A DNA stretch of 62,978 nucleotides, counting the filler, from Chiloscyllium plagiosum (lineage: Eukaryota), in the NCBI RefSeq assembly GCF_004010195.1. It is 10 parts of 9 records of this genome, joined end to end, with 100 filler letters (N's around TTAATTAATTAA, not from the genome) between each part and the next. Parts side by side here need not be neighbours in the genome. Positions count along the whole stretch, not along the records: positions 1 to 31,207 come from NC_057717.1; positions 31,308 to 43,548 come from NC_057717.1; 8 more parts are not named here. One strand, given 5' to 3'. The notes below the pieces were generated by a model that was given only the letters and a program-made list of their open reading frames with translations, was not told the origin of the DNA and ran no database searches. Positions 25,598 through 39,544 of the stretch are shown piece by piece. The translations under genes and the position numbers were made by a program. Position 1 is the first letter of the stretch, and each line of letters begins with the position of its first letter.

Positions 25598-28500
25598 CCA
25601 CATTTACTGAGACAACCGCTAAAGTGGGCAACTCCAGACAGAAGCATGTTTTCAATTCATACCTTTTTAAACATTTTCGTTCATTAAAAGCAGTTAACAA
25701 GAAAATGACCTTGCCCTAATTCCTTCAACAGAAATGCTTTCCACACTGGAATGCAGTATTGACTTTATGCAGTGCATGCAAAATCTCCACAGTTCAAGGA
25801 ACGTTTTAAGAATATGTAAAAATAATTTAGAGAATAATCCATTTCCTCAGGATCTGTACTTTAATTGGCGATATTTCCCACCTCAATAATTTTGTTAAAT
25901 ACAATGACTTATTAAGTTTATGAACTCAGTGGTTATTTATGTTCTTGTGAACACATTCTCGTTCACATTAATCCACTAGTTAGTTCCTCTGATGAATGTT
26001 CAATTACAGTGAATATATTTGACGTGAGGAGTTGAGCAATGTATCCTCTAGGATTAAGTCTGTTGTACAGTTTGTTTCAGTGCTATCTCTGACTAACTTG
26101 TCAACGGTCCTGACCATTTGTAAATTGTCTAGTTCTGATACCTGAATCTCAAACAGTTCAATTTCATCTCGCGCTTCAAAACCACTTTTATCTGCCAGAA
26201 ATACAATATGCGATTAGGTGCCTCAGAATTGAGAGCCCTGACTAAGTTGTTCCAATCAGAATGAACGTTTCAGGAACAAATGGCAGTTAGCAAGAGTTTT
26301 GAAATTGGTTGTTGGCAACAAAAGATATTTGATTGAGCGAGGCAGAGGGAAATATGCTGTATATTTTCTTTGTGCCCCAATTATGCAGGACGTGTTTCGT
26401 GGCACAATGTAGAATCAGAATTTTTTTGCATCTTATTATTTGAAAACCTATTATCAGCTTTTAATGTCACTGGCAAAGGTCATATTACACTTCAAAACAT
26501 TTTAATATTTTTCAAACTAAGTAGACCGTCTGGTGCAGCAACATTCACAGGGGAAAGAGGAAGGGAGTTCTCGGGTGAAATCCAGTGACAGTGATTTGAT
26601 GGCAATGCAATTCCGAGTTTTATTCCTCTGTAGTTTCCATAGAGTTTGAACAATTTGGAGCTGCTGTCAAAGTATTATTGGTAAATGTTGAAATGTTACT
26701 TTCATTGTACAAACATTCTGGAACAATCCCTGTTCCAATAAGAGTACCAATAAGAGGTCAAACACCTGAAAAGCTTTGTCCAAATGGGGTGATGATCTCT
26801 ACAGTAAAAGCGCATCACTGGCCTCAACCATGCAAGAAGGGGAATTATTGTACCACACGGTCAGNNNNNNNNNNNNNNNNNNNNNNNNNNNNNNNNNNNN
26901 NNNNNNNNNNNNNNNNNNNNNNNNNNNNNNNNNNNNNNNNNNNNNNNNNNNNNNNNNNNNNNNNNNNNNNNNNNNNNNNNNNNNNNNNNNNNNNNNNNNN
27001 NNNNNNNNNNNNNNNNNNNNNNNNNNNNNNNNNNNNNNNNNNNNNNNNNNNNNNNNNNNNNNNNNNNNNNNNNNNNNNNNNNNNNNNNNNNNNNNNNNNN
27101 NNNNNNNNNNNNNNNNNNNNNNNNNNNNNNNNNNNNNNNNNNNNNNNNNNNNNNNNNNNNNNNNNNNNNNNNNNNNNNNNNNNNNNNNNNNNNNNNNNNN
27201 NNNNNNNNNNNNNNNNNNNNNNNNNNNNNNNNNNNNNNNNNNNNNNNNNNNNNNNNNNNNNNNNNNNNNNNNNNNNNNNNNNNNNNNNNNNNNNNNNNNN
27301 NNNNNNNNNNNNNNNNNNNNNNNNNNNNNNNNNNNNNNNNNNNNNNNNNNNNNNNNNNNNNNNNAATAAGTTGCTAAAGCCACTTCAGAATACAATCGAT
27401 TACTTCCCAATGGGTCTGGAATCTCATGTTGGCCAGACCATGGAAAGGTGACAGATGCCTTGTCTTTCGTGAACCAGCTGTTTTTGTATTTTTCCATTGA
27501 CTCGTGACATGGTCACCATTTGGCTTTCTTTCCGATTCCAGGCTTTCTTTGAATTCAAATTTCACCCTGGGCAAACAATGGTATTCCAAGCCCCGTCCAT
27601 TCAACATCAAACTGGAGTTTGGGAACACTGGTGTCATGATATCACCACTGTGATCCTAATATTGGAAATGCAGAGAAAGCGGTCACAACCAGAAATGCAA
27701 TAAATCTGACACTTTACATCATGAACAAATATTGGAGTGTAATACTGGTAAGAACTCTCCTGCTGTTCACAGCAACATCACAGGAGAATTTGCATCCAAT
27801 CATCAATCTTAAATTTGTACCGGACTCTGTCTGAAGAGCCTAACTCACTGTAATTTGCATTTTTTGAATTCTTCACTGACTTATGAAAAAGTTAGTCACA
27901 TATCCCAAGGAGTTGGTCATCAGCTACCTTTTTGAAGGCCTGCCATCTTGCTCGGCTAATTACGGTTGATCTTTCTTAAGATTTCTCAGTCGAGACTGTC
28001 GTGCTAGAAAAGTACAGCAGGTCAGGCAGCGTCCGAGGAGCAGGAGAATCGCAGTTTCGGGCATGAGGCCTTCATTAGGATACATGATGAAGGGGTGATG
28101 CCTGGAACGTTGATTTTCCTGCTCCTCGGATGCTGCCTGACCTGCTGTGCTTTTCCAGCACTACACTCTCAACTCTGATCTCCAGCACCTGCAGTCCTCA
28201 CTTTCTCCTGATGGGTTTCTTGGTCAGGTTCGGCACAGGAAAGGACCATCACCTTATTGTTGAACGGTAGGGCAGGCCAGGTCGGAAGGGCAGACGTCCT
28301 CCTCTGAAGGACAAGACTGAACCATGTAACATGCTTCAAACCTTTGGTAGGTTTGCCATTATCGTTCATTATTCCAGCATTTTCATTTCATACTCTTTTA
28401 TTAATTGAAGCTACCATGGTAGTGACTGATTCTGGAACTTTACTCCAAACCTTTTAATTGCTTATTTCATACTCATAATGCCTCCTCAACCACTTGATCA

Positions 28501-31307
28501 AACTGTCATGTTAGCTTCAACGATTTTTTTATAGACTCATGGAACATGGTGGTTGCTTTTAGTTGTCCGGAGTTGTCCTTCAGCAGATGGCAGTAAGCTG
28601 CCTTTCTGAAATAACACGTTCCAAAATGGCCTGAGGAAGGGAATTCCAGATTTTGACCCAATTACAGTAAAGGATCGTTGAATATTTCCATGTCAGGATG
28701 ACAAGTGTTTTAGAGAGGGGCTTACAGTGGTGCTGTTCCCATGTATCTGCTGCTCCTGTCCTTCGAGATGCAAGTGGTAGTGGGAAGGTACTGTCTCAGG
28801 AAGTGGCTAAGTTACTGCAGTGTAGTATTTTAGATAGTGCATATGGCAGGTACTAAGAATCAGATTTGGAGGCAATGGACGCTTGTGGATGTGCTACTGA
28901 TCAAGTGGGATGCTTTGTCCTGGACAATGCCAAGCTTCTTGAGTGCAGTTGAAGCTGCTCCTATCCAGTCAAGGGGCGAGGTGTGCTCTTAGCCTCCTGA
29001 CCTCTGTCTCTTAGACAGTCAATTGTCTTTGCGAGTCAGGAGGGTGAGTTACTCGCTGTCGTATTCCTAGCTTCTGGCCTGCTTGTACAATCATTGTATT
29101 TATGTGGAGTGTCCAGCTCAATTTCTATTGAACAGTAAAACCCAGGGTGTTGATGGTGAGGGATTCAGTGATGGTAACACTATTGAATGTCAAGGGGTTT
29201 TGGTTAGATTGTCTCTTATTGTCAATGGTCATTCTCTTGCAGTTTTGTGGTGAGAATGCTATGTGCCACTTGTCAGCTCAAGTCTGGATATTGTCCAGAT
29301 TTTGTTGCGTTTGAATGTGGACTGAGGATTCGCAAAACAAAGTGCTAGATTAATGCAGATTTCACTTCTGACCTTCTGATGGAGGGAAGGTCATTGCTGA
29401 AGCAGTTGAATATGATTGGGCCAAGAACACTTTCTTTCGGAACTCCAATGGAGATTTGCTTTGGCTGAGACGACTGACCTCCAACAAGCAAAGCCATCTT
29501 CGAATGTGTGAGTTATGACTGCAGGCAGCAGGGAGTTTGTCGCCTAATGCCCATTGAATCCAGTTTTGCCACGACTCCATAATATCACACTCTGTCGAAT
29601 GTGACCTTAATGTCAAGGGCTGTAACTCTCCCCTCATTCGCTTCTCTCCATGTGAAATCAAGACATTGTTGGGCGGGGGGGGGGGGGGGGGCGGGCAGGT
29701 GTTACTGAAAATGCTATGGAGCCTGACAAAATTCTGGCAATAATACCTGATGACTTGTGCTAGCCAAGCAATCCCGGTACAGCTAAAACACTGGCATCAA
29801 CAATGTGGAAAATAGGCCAGGCACGTCCTGTGCACAGAAAATAGGTCAAACCACCCTGGCGAATTACTGCCCCATCAGTCCATGCTCAATCATGAGTTAG
29901 ATGTATCAAGCAGTACTAGCTCAGCAATAACCTGCGTAAATGTGGGTTACGCAAGGCCTACTCAGCTCATGTCTGAATTACAGACTTGATTTAAACATGG
30001 ATAAAGAACTGAATTCCCTGCTGACAGGTATCTGTGATATTAGTGATCTATGGAAAATGCCGAGATGGATCAGACAATTGGCACTTCTGGCTGAAGATTG
30101 CTGTGAATGCTTCAGCCTTAACTTTTGTGCTGATGTTTTGTGCTCTCCAAAGCAGAGCAAGGGAAAATCTTTGGTGCTTATTCCTTCAATAAGTTGTTTA
30201 ATTATCAACTTTAATTCACGACTTGATGTGGCAGCACTGTGGTCTCAGACCCCTGTTTCCTGAATGAATGGTCTAGTCACAATATCTCCAGACTATAACT
30301 CCAACCCCCACTCCATGATGTGGATATTCACAACAGAAGATTGCTTATCCTTTGTATTGTGTAGATTCCAACAATGCATCGTATATTCGCTTAAATTGTA
30401 AATTAAAAAGTAAATACTTTACTTCACAGACTTTAGGATATAATGTTCTGTTTTCAATTCTTCTCTCTGACAGACAAGGTCATCGATGTCACACTGGCTT
30501 TCCTCCTCACTAATTGCAATACCAAACGTTTTTCACCTCATCTTTGAACTTACTGATCAAAGTTGCTACATTCTTGACTAGATCGTTCATATACTCTGCA
30601 AACAGCAAAGGATCCAGCACCAAGTCATATAGTAAGCCACTGGACACAAGATGTCTTCACAATGACTACCTTCGACCATTACCTTCTGCCAACAAATAAA
30701 CCTTCGATGCATTTGCCAAACTGCACCAGCTCCCATGAACCCTTACCATATTAAAGATGCAAGATCTGGTCAAAAACCAGATTGAAGTCAAGAAGCATTA
30801 CATCCACTTTTTGCACCCGATGTCACATCTCATTGCCTCTCCGGAAAACAGAAGCAACCACTTCCGATATGATATCACTTCCACCAAAGCCATGCTGAAT
30901 TTTATTCCTTAAACTTTACAATTCCAACTTTTAATGAATGCTGTCTCTTAGATTTACTTATTAACTTCCCCCAAGTTTTCTACTTTTAAACATAGGTTTA
31001 TGAGTGAAACTACACATTGTCACTTAGCTCCTTTCACCCGATGACAACTCTTCTTATCTCTCTGACAGATAATTTACTCGGGCTGAAATAATCTTGTGTC
31101 TCTTCTGTCTCATTCTGGGAAATGGGAATGGAATTGAATACAATGTTGAGACCAACAACAACCTGTTTGTTCTTAACACTGTCAGTGTGTGTTCACCCTC
31201 AGAGGCANNNNNNNNNNNNNNNNNNNNNNNNNNNNNNNNNNNNNNNNNNNNTTAATTAATTAANNNNNNNNNNNNNNNNNNNNNNNNNNNNNNNNNNNNN
31301 NNNNNNN

Positions 31308-32400
31308 ATGTCCAGGCCCTGTACACATCCAAACGCCATGATGTAGGCCTCGAAGCCCTCCGTTTTTTCCTGTCACGCCAACCCAAGCAGTACATGCTCA
31401 ACCTCAACTACATTTCCTTTCAATCCTCCCACTTCCTCCAAACCAAAGGGGTAGCCATGGACACCTGTATGGACCCCAGCTATGCCTGTCTCTTCGTCAG
31501 ATATGTGGAACAGTCAATCTTCCACACCTACACTGGTACCATTGCCCACCTTTACCACCGCTACATTGATGACGGTATCAACGCCACCTCATGCTGCCAC
31601 TGGGAGGTTGAACAGTTCATCAACTTTATTAAAGCCTTCCACATTGTCCTAAACTTCACAGGGACCATCTCGGACACCTCCCTCCCTTTCCTAGACCTCT
31701 CCACCTCTATCGCCAGTGACCGACTAAACATTTACTGCAAGCCCACTGACTCCCACAGCTACCTGGGCTACACTCCTCCCACCCGACCTCCTGTAAAAAT
31801 GCCATCCCTTATTTTCATTTCATCTGCCTACACTGCACCTGCTCCCAAGAGGACCAGTTCCACCATAAAACATCCCAGATAACCTCCTTTTTCAAAGACT
31901 GCAATTTCCCCTCCCATGTGGTCGACGATGCCCTTGAACCCCATCCCTCCAATCGCAACAGGGAGCCCTCCTGGTCCTCATCTTCCACCGCACCAACCTC
32001 GCATGCATCATATCATCCTCCGCTGCTGCCACCACCTGTAAACAGACCCCATCACTCGGGGTATATTTCCCTCCCTACCCCTATCTGCATTCCGGAGACA
32101 CCATTCCCTCCGCGACTCCCTCGTCAGGTCCATGCCCCTCCACCAGCCCACACCTCCCACCTCACCTCCGACAAGCCCCCAAATGATCCTACCACATCCC
32201 AGAGAAATTTATCTATACTTCCACAAATGTCATCCACTGTGTCACTTTCACCTGATATGGTCTCCTCTACATCAGGGAGACAGGACACTAACTTGCGGAT
32301 CATTTCAGAGAAAATCTCTGGGACACCCGTGCCAACCAACCCCACGGCCCCGTGGCTGACCACTTTAACTCCCTCTCCCACTCCACCAAGAACAGGCCGG
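31308..32400 (+). mobile_element. Penelope-like element remnant, copy C
   Basis: ORF 31394-31882 with KGVAM, RYIDD and LPFLDL motifs. Confidence 0.9.
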
Positions 32401-33527
32401 TCATATTCAGTTCATTTCCAATGAATAAATACAAAATAACCGAGCCTGAATTTGGGATGATATTAACAGGATTTATTTTGATCTAAGCACCAACAGATTA
32501 TTTTGACATAACAGGTGGAGAGATTCATTTCCTGAAAAAGCATCTCAAATGATATAAGCTGGCAACAAACCGAGTTTGGTCAATACTGAGGCAAAAATAC
32601 AGCATACAGTCTTGAGTAAAATAAATAAAGAAACTATCTTAACACCGGAACAAGATAGAGTGTATTAAATATGAACAAAGGCACAAGCATTTTAGGATAT
32701 AATAGAAAAGTAATATATAGTATATTGAAATGTAAACAGAGATGTGAATTTGTGTCTCGACATTCTTCCTAGCTAAATTAATCATTTCAGAAATGCCTTT
32801 GTTAAATTTCATGAATCATTCGTTGGTCCATTCCACGAACCTTGCGAGGTCCTTGTTAAATTCTGAACCATCGCCTTCCAGGTTCACAGTGGTTGCGAGT
32901 TTCATGTTACAGCAAATTGTGAAGTTGTGCACTGTATGCCAATGTCTTAGTTCAAAATTTAAAGCAATCACAGCTCCAAACATTTACAAAATATCACTAT
33001 GGATCTTCCTTGAATCCAAAAAACATTGTCCCTTTGATCAATGATTTCAAAAATTTACTAACATATCTGTTGTGAAGGAGGTTTTCAAATAAATTGAAGT
33101 GCAAATGGTTCACATCAGTCGGAATACAGTAACATTTCGTGTGTTACCCCATACAAAAAGAAATCAAGCAATATTCACGAGTTGCTCTCAGCAAGTCTAT
33201 GATGGACGGTTTTATCAAACAAAATCATTTCTAATGTTGTGAGGGCTCGTCTATCTTCTGTGCAAAGGTCTGAACTTTGTGTCTGACTGCAGATGAAACT
33301 GGCTGATCTAGTTAAAAGTACAGTTTGTGCCTTTCACATTGTTAATGTATATTGCTGACTTTAGTTGAATAAGGTGATGTTGTCCCAGGCATCGTCTGGC
33401 ACCATTAATTAGACCATTCATTTCCACATCACTTGCCAGACTATCAGGTGGAGTCTATTGATCTCATTGAAACGAATACTTGGAATATTTCCGGTATGAA
33501 TCATGTGAATTAGAGCCTCTGAACGAG

Positions 33528-33955
33528 ACATAGAACATAGAACAATACAGCAGAGAACAGGCCCTTCGGCCCACGATGTTGTGCCAAACATTTGTCCTAG
33601 CCTAAGCACCTATCCATGTACCTGTCCAATTGCCACTTAAAGCTCACCAATGATTCTGACTCAGCCACTCCCACATGCAGCGCTTTCCATGCCCCCACCA
33701 CTCTCTGGGTAAAGAACCTACCCCTGACATCCCCCCTATACCTTCCACCCTTCACCTTAAATTTATGTCCCCTTGTAACACTCTGTTGTACCCGGGGAAA
33801 AAGTCTCTGAATGTCTACTCTATCTATTCCCCTGATCATCTTATAACCCTCTATCAAGTCACCCCTCTTCCTTCACCTTTCCAATGAGAAAAGGCCTAGT
33901 ACTCTCAACCTATCCTCGTACGACTTATTCTCCATTCCAGGCAACATCCTGGAGA
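33528..33955 (-). mobile_element. CR1 LINE 3' fragment, copy C
   Basis: YKMIRGIDRVD..LFP..TRGHKFKVKGGR...FFTQRVVGAW. Confidence 0.9.
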
Positions 33956-36900
33956 CAAAGTAGGAAAGATGAATTTCGAGTAGTAGGAAGTTTTCACCAC
34001 AGAGAGAGATCACTTCGCCCATCACACCTGTATCACGTAAAGACAGAGCCTTCCAGCCAACACCCCATTTATAGCATGTTGACAATAACCCTGCAGGTGA
34101 TAGCACTGTAAACATTCGGGAATATTGTTTGGGGTCTAATCCATTATCAACATAGATATGATCTCCAATGCTGTAAATCCTGGCGTATGGGGAAAAAGTA
34201 GGGGCAGAACTGTATCAATATTCAAACAGTTGGTCCAGCCCTGAGGAGCTAATAGGTCCATTTCTAAACGTTGTTTCTCAGGACATTCTGACTATTCTTG
34301 ACTTAATATCACTGTCAACTGACATGAAAAAATGCAATCATGTTCCCCAGAAATGCTGAAAGAAACATACCTTTATTCAGCCAAGATCAGCAACATGAAT
34401 TAAGCAAGTTGAAAAAAAAACTTTCTTTTAACTGATTATTGACAACATGGATTTCACAAAGTGCAAAGTACAGAGGGGAAGGGTGGAGGGTTGGGGGTGG
34501 GCGATGTTCACTGTTCCCTGATGTCCGGTTGCGTTTGTGAGTAACAGATGAACCTGCGAACCAGATTCAGGATGGTACTGCAGGTATTTCAGCAGATACT
34601 ATGTACACGGAATTCTCCCATAAATCAGCAATGACATGAACATTTATTTTTATTGTGTTTGAAGCCAACTAAAATTGAACAATATGGTTAGAGAAGTTCC
34701 TTTCGTTTCTTTGAACTAGTAACAAGGGACGCTCTTTGTAGACCTAGGGTGGCAGGAGGATCTTTCACAGCAGAATGTGAGGGAACAGAATCACCGTTGG
34801 AAATCCAGATAGACTGTNNNNNNNNNNNNNNNNNNNNNNNNNNNNNNNNNNNNNNNNNNNNNNNNNNNNNNNNNNNNNNNNNNNNNNNNNNNNNNNNNNN
34901 NNNNNNNNNNNCATACTGGAAATGTACGAAGCTTTCATTTCAAAAATATCACATATCAATAAACTCCACCTGACCCGACGGCTAACGATGTGGAAATTAA
35001 TGGTCTAATTAATGGTGCCAGACGATGCCTGGGACAACATCACTTTATTCAACTAAAGTCAGCAATATACATTCACAATGTGAAAGGCAGAAACGATACT
35101 TTTACACACTTCAGCCAGTTTCATCTGCAGTCAGACACAACTTAAAATTCAGACCATTGCACAGAAGATAGACGAGCGCTCACAACATTGGAAATGATTT
35201 TGTTTGATAAAAGAATCCATCGTAGACTTCCTCAGAGCAATTCGTGTCAACAAACTTGTTTTTTTTGTGTGTGTGGGGTAGCGCACGAAATGTTACTTTA
35301 ATCCGATTGATGTGAACCATTTGCACTTAAGAAGTTGTTTGAAAACGTCTATCACAGTAGATACGCGAGTAAATTTTATAAATCATTGATCAAAGGGGAC
35401 AATCCTTTTTGGATTCGAGGAAGATCCATAGTGATATTTTGTAAATGTTTGGAGCTGGGATTGTTTTCAATTATTGACTCAGACATTGGTGTATTTTCCC
35501 TATGGTGGGGGATTTCAACAATAGGGAACATGTTTTTCCAATGAGAGGAGAAAAATTTTATAAAGGATATCATAGACAACCTTTTACACAGAGAATGGTT
35601 TGTGTGTGGGATGATTTGGTGGTGGATACTTACAACCTTTAGAAGACATTTGGATAAGTAAATGATTATCAAATGTTTGGAAGGATATGGGCCAAGTACA
35701 CACAGGTGGGATAAATTTAGTTTGGGATTAGGACTGGCATGGACTGGTTGGACCAAAGGGTCTGTAACCATGCTGTATCACTCCATGACTCTATGACTAT
35801 TTATCAATTTTTCTCAATATTAAACAGTGCTGTAGTGATCCTTGAATGAACTGTTGATGTTAAGGTTGTGTCTGAGACTTTGCGAATATTTCCTTCAATG
35901 AGAGGAGTGACTAGTTCTCCAAGTTACACAACTGAAAATAAACTTTTCTCCAGCATTGTTGCTGAGTCGATTTGTTTCTGCGGAGACGGTGGTTATGGTT
36001 TGCAGTTGGCTTTCCACCAACTGGTCAACAGTGAGACAAAATATCTCTGATCCACTACAGAAACTCCACCTGCTTCCAGTAAATGAAACTGGGAACTCAA
36101 GGACCTTTTCTGCAGTCAGCTTAATTGCTGCCAACTATTATATCCGGCCGATTAAAGGGAAAATGAATCAACTAAAATAAAGTCCTACCAAACAAATGAT
36201 ATTTTCACATTTACTCACAATGGATACATTTCACTTGGCATTTCTCCCTTTAAAAGGAAAGTCACTGAATACAGCATTCACTGTATGACTATCAGAAAAT
36301 AGATCATTATAGAAGCAGAATGACGTTCTGCTTAGTTCAGTCTGTTTATTGAGTATCTTTAAAGCTCCTGAATATGAAGTTCATGGATCCAAAATCCCAC
36401 ATTGCAGTAACATTTGTTATCATCTCAAAGTAAATTAACAAAATTGAATTGGTTCAAACTCACATCACTTGTTACACCATTCTCTGATTCATGTATCTCA
36501 TTAAAACTGAGTGGGCCCTTTATACATGGTTAACACTGGTGTAGTGTAACAGAGAATTTTTGCTGATTTTTATGAGTTAACTGCCCTGTCAGAGCTATCA
36601 GTGACCAGAGAAATGTACTGTTTATAACCTACATTCGTGGTAATTATTACTGTAATACTCTCTTAATTTAACAAACATTCCTGATGCACCCAGACTGTTA
36701 CATGCAATGGTTTAGCCGTTGAGGATTTAAAAAAAACTTAGGGACTGTCTTGTTCTAGTTCATTAGATGCTCTTTCAAAAGTTTATCTAGGTGTTATGTA
36801 TCAGTGCGGACTCACATTTTGTTTCTCAGGCACACAGCTTTCCTTTACTGTGCATTTTAGTGTCGGAGCAATTTGAAAAAAAAAAAAGATACAAGGAGAG

Positions 36901-37766
36901 ACATTCTGCAATGTAAGGAGGTGCTTCTAATCTCCGGGTCCAAACTGTTTAGTGACATACACTTACATTCTGAACATAATCACTTTAGATATGCTTCATA
37001 TTAGATTGCCTAAACTGAATTTAGAAACGCAGATTAGAAATGGTATGTTATTTTGTAATGTGAGAGAGACTTTGAGTGACAGCAAAAATAAAGTCATTCA
37101 TTTTGTTGGCTAATAATATTATTGAAGTTCTTTTTAGCTTTATCTGCTTGTGGTGTAACGTAGGATTAAAGGGAGTTAACTTCTAATTGAATATTCTTAA
37201 TATAATCACTTTGGACACGCTCTGTATTCAGTTGCCTAAATTCAATTTTGAAATGTTTAATATGAATTACATGTTATTTTGAGTGCGACAGGGACTTGCA
37301 GTATCCAGGGAAGAAAAGCTCAACTGTTTTATTAGCTAGTAATATGTTTGAACTTTAATTTTAGTTTTATCTGCTTGTGAATGAATGTAGAAATAAAGGG
37401 AGCTAACTTCCAGTTAAATTTGTTTTTTTTTATAAACAAAATACATGCAAATACCATGTGAAACAGACCTGAAGCTACTCAAATTTACTTCCAAAGAAGC
37501 TATTCAGCAAAACAAATATCCCAAGATGTGTATGTGTCCATGTTTAAGCAGAACCTCATGTAAAGACATGATCCCATATGTTCGGGCTGTGCAAGCTGAT
37601 ACCAGGGTCCAGTCTCAGCCTCCAGCAGGAAACCAACATGCGGAAGCTGTAAGCCTGCCCCTTCCGATGGCCATATAAATCCTGGGCACTGGACTGTAAT
37701 TCAACACTCCTGGGTCGGCTCTGTTTAGAAAGATCTTAGCAGAACCGCTTCCCACAAGTTATCAGA

Positions 37767-38247
37767 ATGATTGTGTCGACACTTTTTCTCAGTTTGTTAC
37801 TGACTTTCTAATCATGTGAGTGTTTGTTGTTCAAGTCTCTCTTTGTGACTGTCTCAATGTTAGTCTACGGCAGGAATGTAAAAGACTCAGCCATCATGTC
37901 ATCAACATTAATGCTCATGGTTTATTTGTTTTCTTTTTAAAAGTGTCCAGTCGGAGGTTGTTTTGATCCAGCCAGAGGCAGAGACTGGCCGTCCCGCAGG
38001 CAGCCTGTAACTGACCTGTAAAACCAGCATGTTCGATCTTAGCAGCTACACCATGCATTGGGTCCGACAGGTTCCCGGACAGGGTCTGGAGTGGCTGCTG
38101 TACTACTATAGTTCATCCAGCAGTAACTATGAACCAGCCATTAAGGGTCGATTTACTGCGTCCAAAGACACTTTAAACAAAATTTTCGCGTTGGACATGG
38201 AGAACCTGAAGATCGAAGACACCGCCATCTATTAGTGTGCAAGAGAA
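37767..38247 (+). pseudogene. IGHV: IgM VH pseudogene, cluster C (leader 37767-37815, V exon 37943-38247)
   Basis: Stops: TAA in the leader (37809), TAA in FR1 (38008), TAG in YYC (38233). The splice acceptor AG is changed to AA. Otherwise close to the cluster B V. Confidence 0.95.
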
Positions 38248-38286
38248 CACAGCGAGAGGAACCAGGGCTGGACCCGTTCAAAAACA
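38248..38286 (+). other. V 23-spacer RSS, cluster C
   Basis: CACAGCG-23 nt-TCAAAAACA. Confidence 0.9.
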
Positions 38287-38646
38287 GCTCGAGGGAACAT
38301 TTTGTCAATTCCGTCATAAACTAACGGTGAGTACGAGTTTTAAATGCAATTATACCAACTGCGATCTGAAGCAGACCTCAGGCTGCCTCTTACAAAACTA
38401 TCAAAGAGGAAATGTACCATTTAAACTAGCAAACTGGTGACACAATGGGACAATGTTTTGGGCATGTCATATGTACTGCTAACACTTCCATCAATTAAAT
38501 GCTCGGACAGAATGTTAGTTTTAACATATATGACAGCTCAGGAAATCACTGCGAATTGTTATGTCAACTATGGCATTAATTCTAAACATGATCAGTACTA
38601 AGTGGCTCTTTCAAATGAAAATTGAGACCTCGAGTAAAGAACAGAG

Positions 38647-38726
38647 AATGAGTGTACTGGTCTACATCATTGTGATACTATAGTGGGTCACAGTGTTGTG
38701 CACAGCGACATCCTCATACAAAAACC
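38647..38726 (+). other. D1 segment (38675-38688) with 12/22 RSSs, cluster C
   Basis: aatgagtgt-12-cattgtg-ATACTATAGTGGGT-cacagtg-22-acaaaaacc. Confidence 0.92.
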
Positions 38727-39028
38727 ACTGACAAGTGTTTATCTCAAATTGATGATTTCTACCATGGCAGGCGCGAGAAATAATGTGAGATGCAATTTAA
38801 ACGCAATCCAGTAGTGCTAGTTTGTACAAATGTATAATTTTTTCTACCTTCTTCGTGTTGATTGCCAAGTTAAATGCAGACCAAACCTGGAAAAGTATTC
38901 CAAGCTTTCAAAATACAATGGATCGTAAAAGCTGAAATAACACACTGAATCATTTTTAGAGGAGTCTGAATCACTGCTTTCTAGGAAGTGAAGAAATTCT
39001 CTGCATTTTACAGTTTACAGTCTGTCAT

Positions 39029-39099
39029 AGTATTTGACACAACGTGTCTCACAGTGATATAGCTGGAGTGACACTGCAATTATGATCAATACAAAAACC
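39029..39099 (+). other. D2 segment (39057-39071) with 12/12 RSSs, cluster C
   Basis: agtatttga-12-cacagtg-ATATAGCTGGAGTGA-cactgca-12-acaaaaacc; fits the shark IgM V-D1-D2-J cluster layout. Confidence 0.92.
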
Positions 39100-39544
39100 T
39101 ATTCAGCCTCNNNNNNNNNNNNNNNNNNNNNNNNNNNNNNNNNNNNNNNNNNNNNNNNNNNNNNNNNNNNNNNNNNNNNNNNNNNNNNNNNNNNNNNNNN
39201 NNNNNNNNNNNNNNNNNNNNNNNNNNNNNNNNNNNNNNNNNNNNNNNNNNNNNNNNNNNNNNNNNNNNNNNNNNNNNNNNNNNNNNNNNNNNNNNNNNNN
39301 NNNNNNNNNNNNNNNNNNNNNNNNNNNNNNNNNNNNNNNNNNNNNNNNNNNNNNNNNNNNNNNNNNNNNNNNTCAAAGATGTTCGAGACATTACCAAACA
39401 TGATTAAAATATGCTAAGATATCATTATTCACTTCTTGAATATATGTTCTTACTCTGATTATATTTTCGCATTTATTTTGTTAATTTTGTTGATGCCCGG
39501 TAGGTTAGAAACTGTCATAATATTTTCTTGCGGTGCTATATTGC

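Larger units (their letters stand above)
11351..26864 (+). repeat. Segmental duplication copy B (upstream region, V, inverted D1-D2J, J-C intron; no C exon before the gap)
   Basis: Collinear with copy C (28199-43548) apart from the local rearrangements listed. Confidence 0.95.

Noticed and set aside
31252-31263. Regularly recurring TTAATTAATTAA as a CRISPR-like or biological repeat
   Set aside because: Always centred in exactly 88 Ns; a synthetic six-frame-stop linker.
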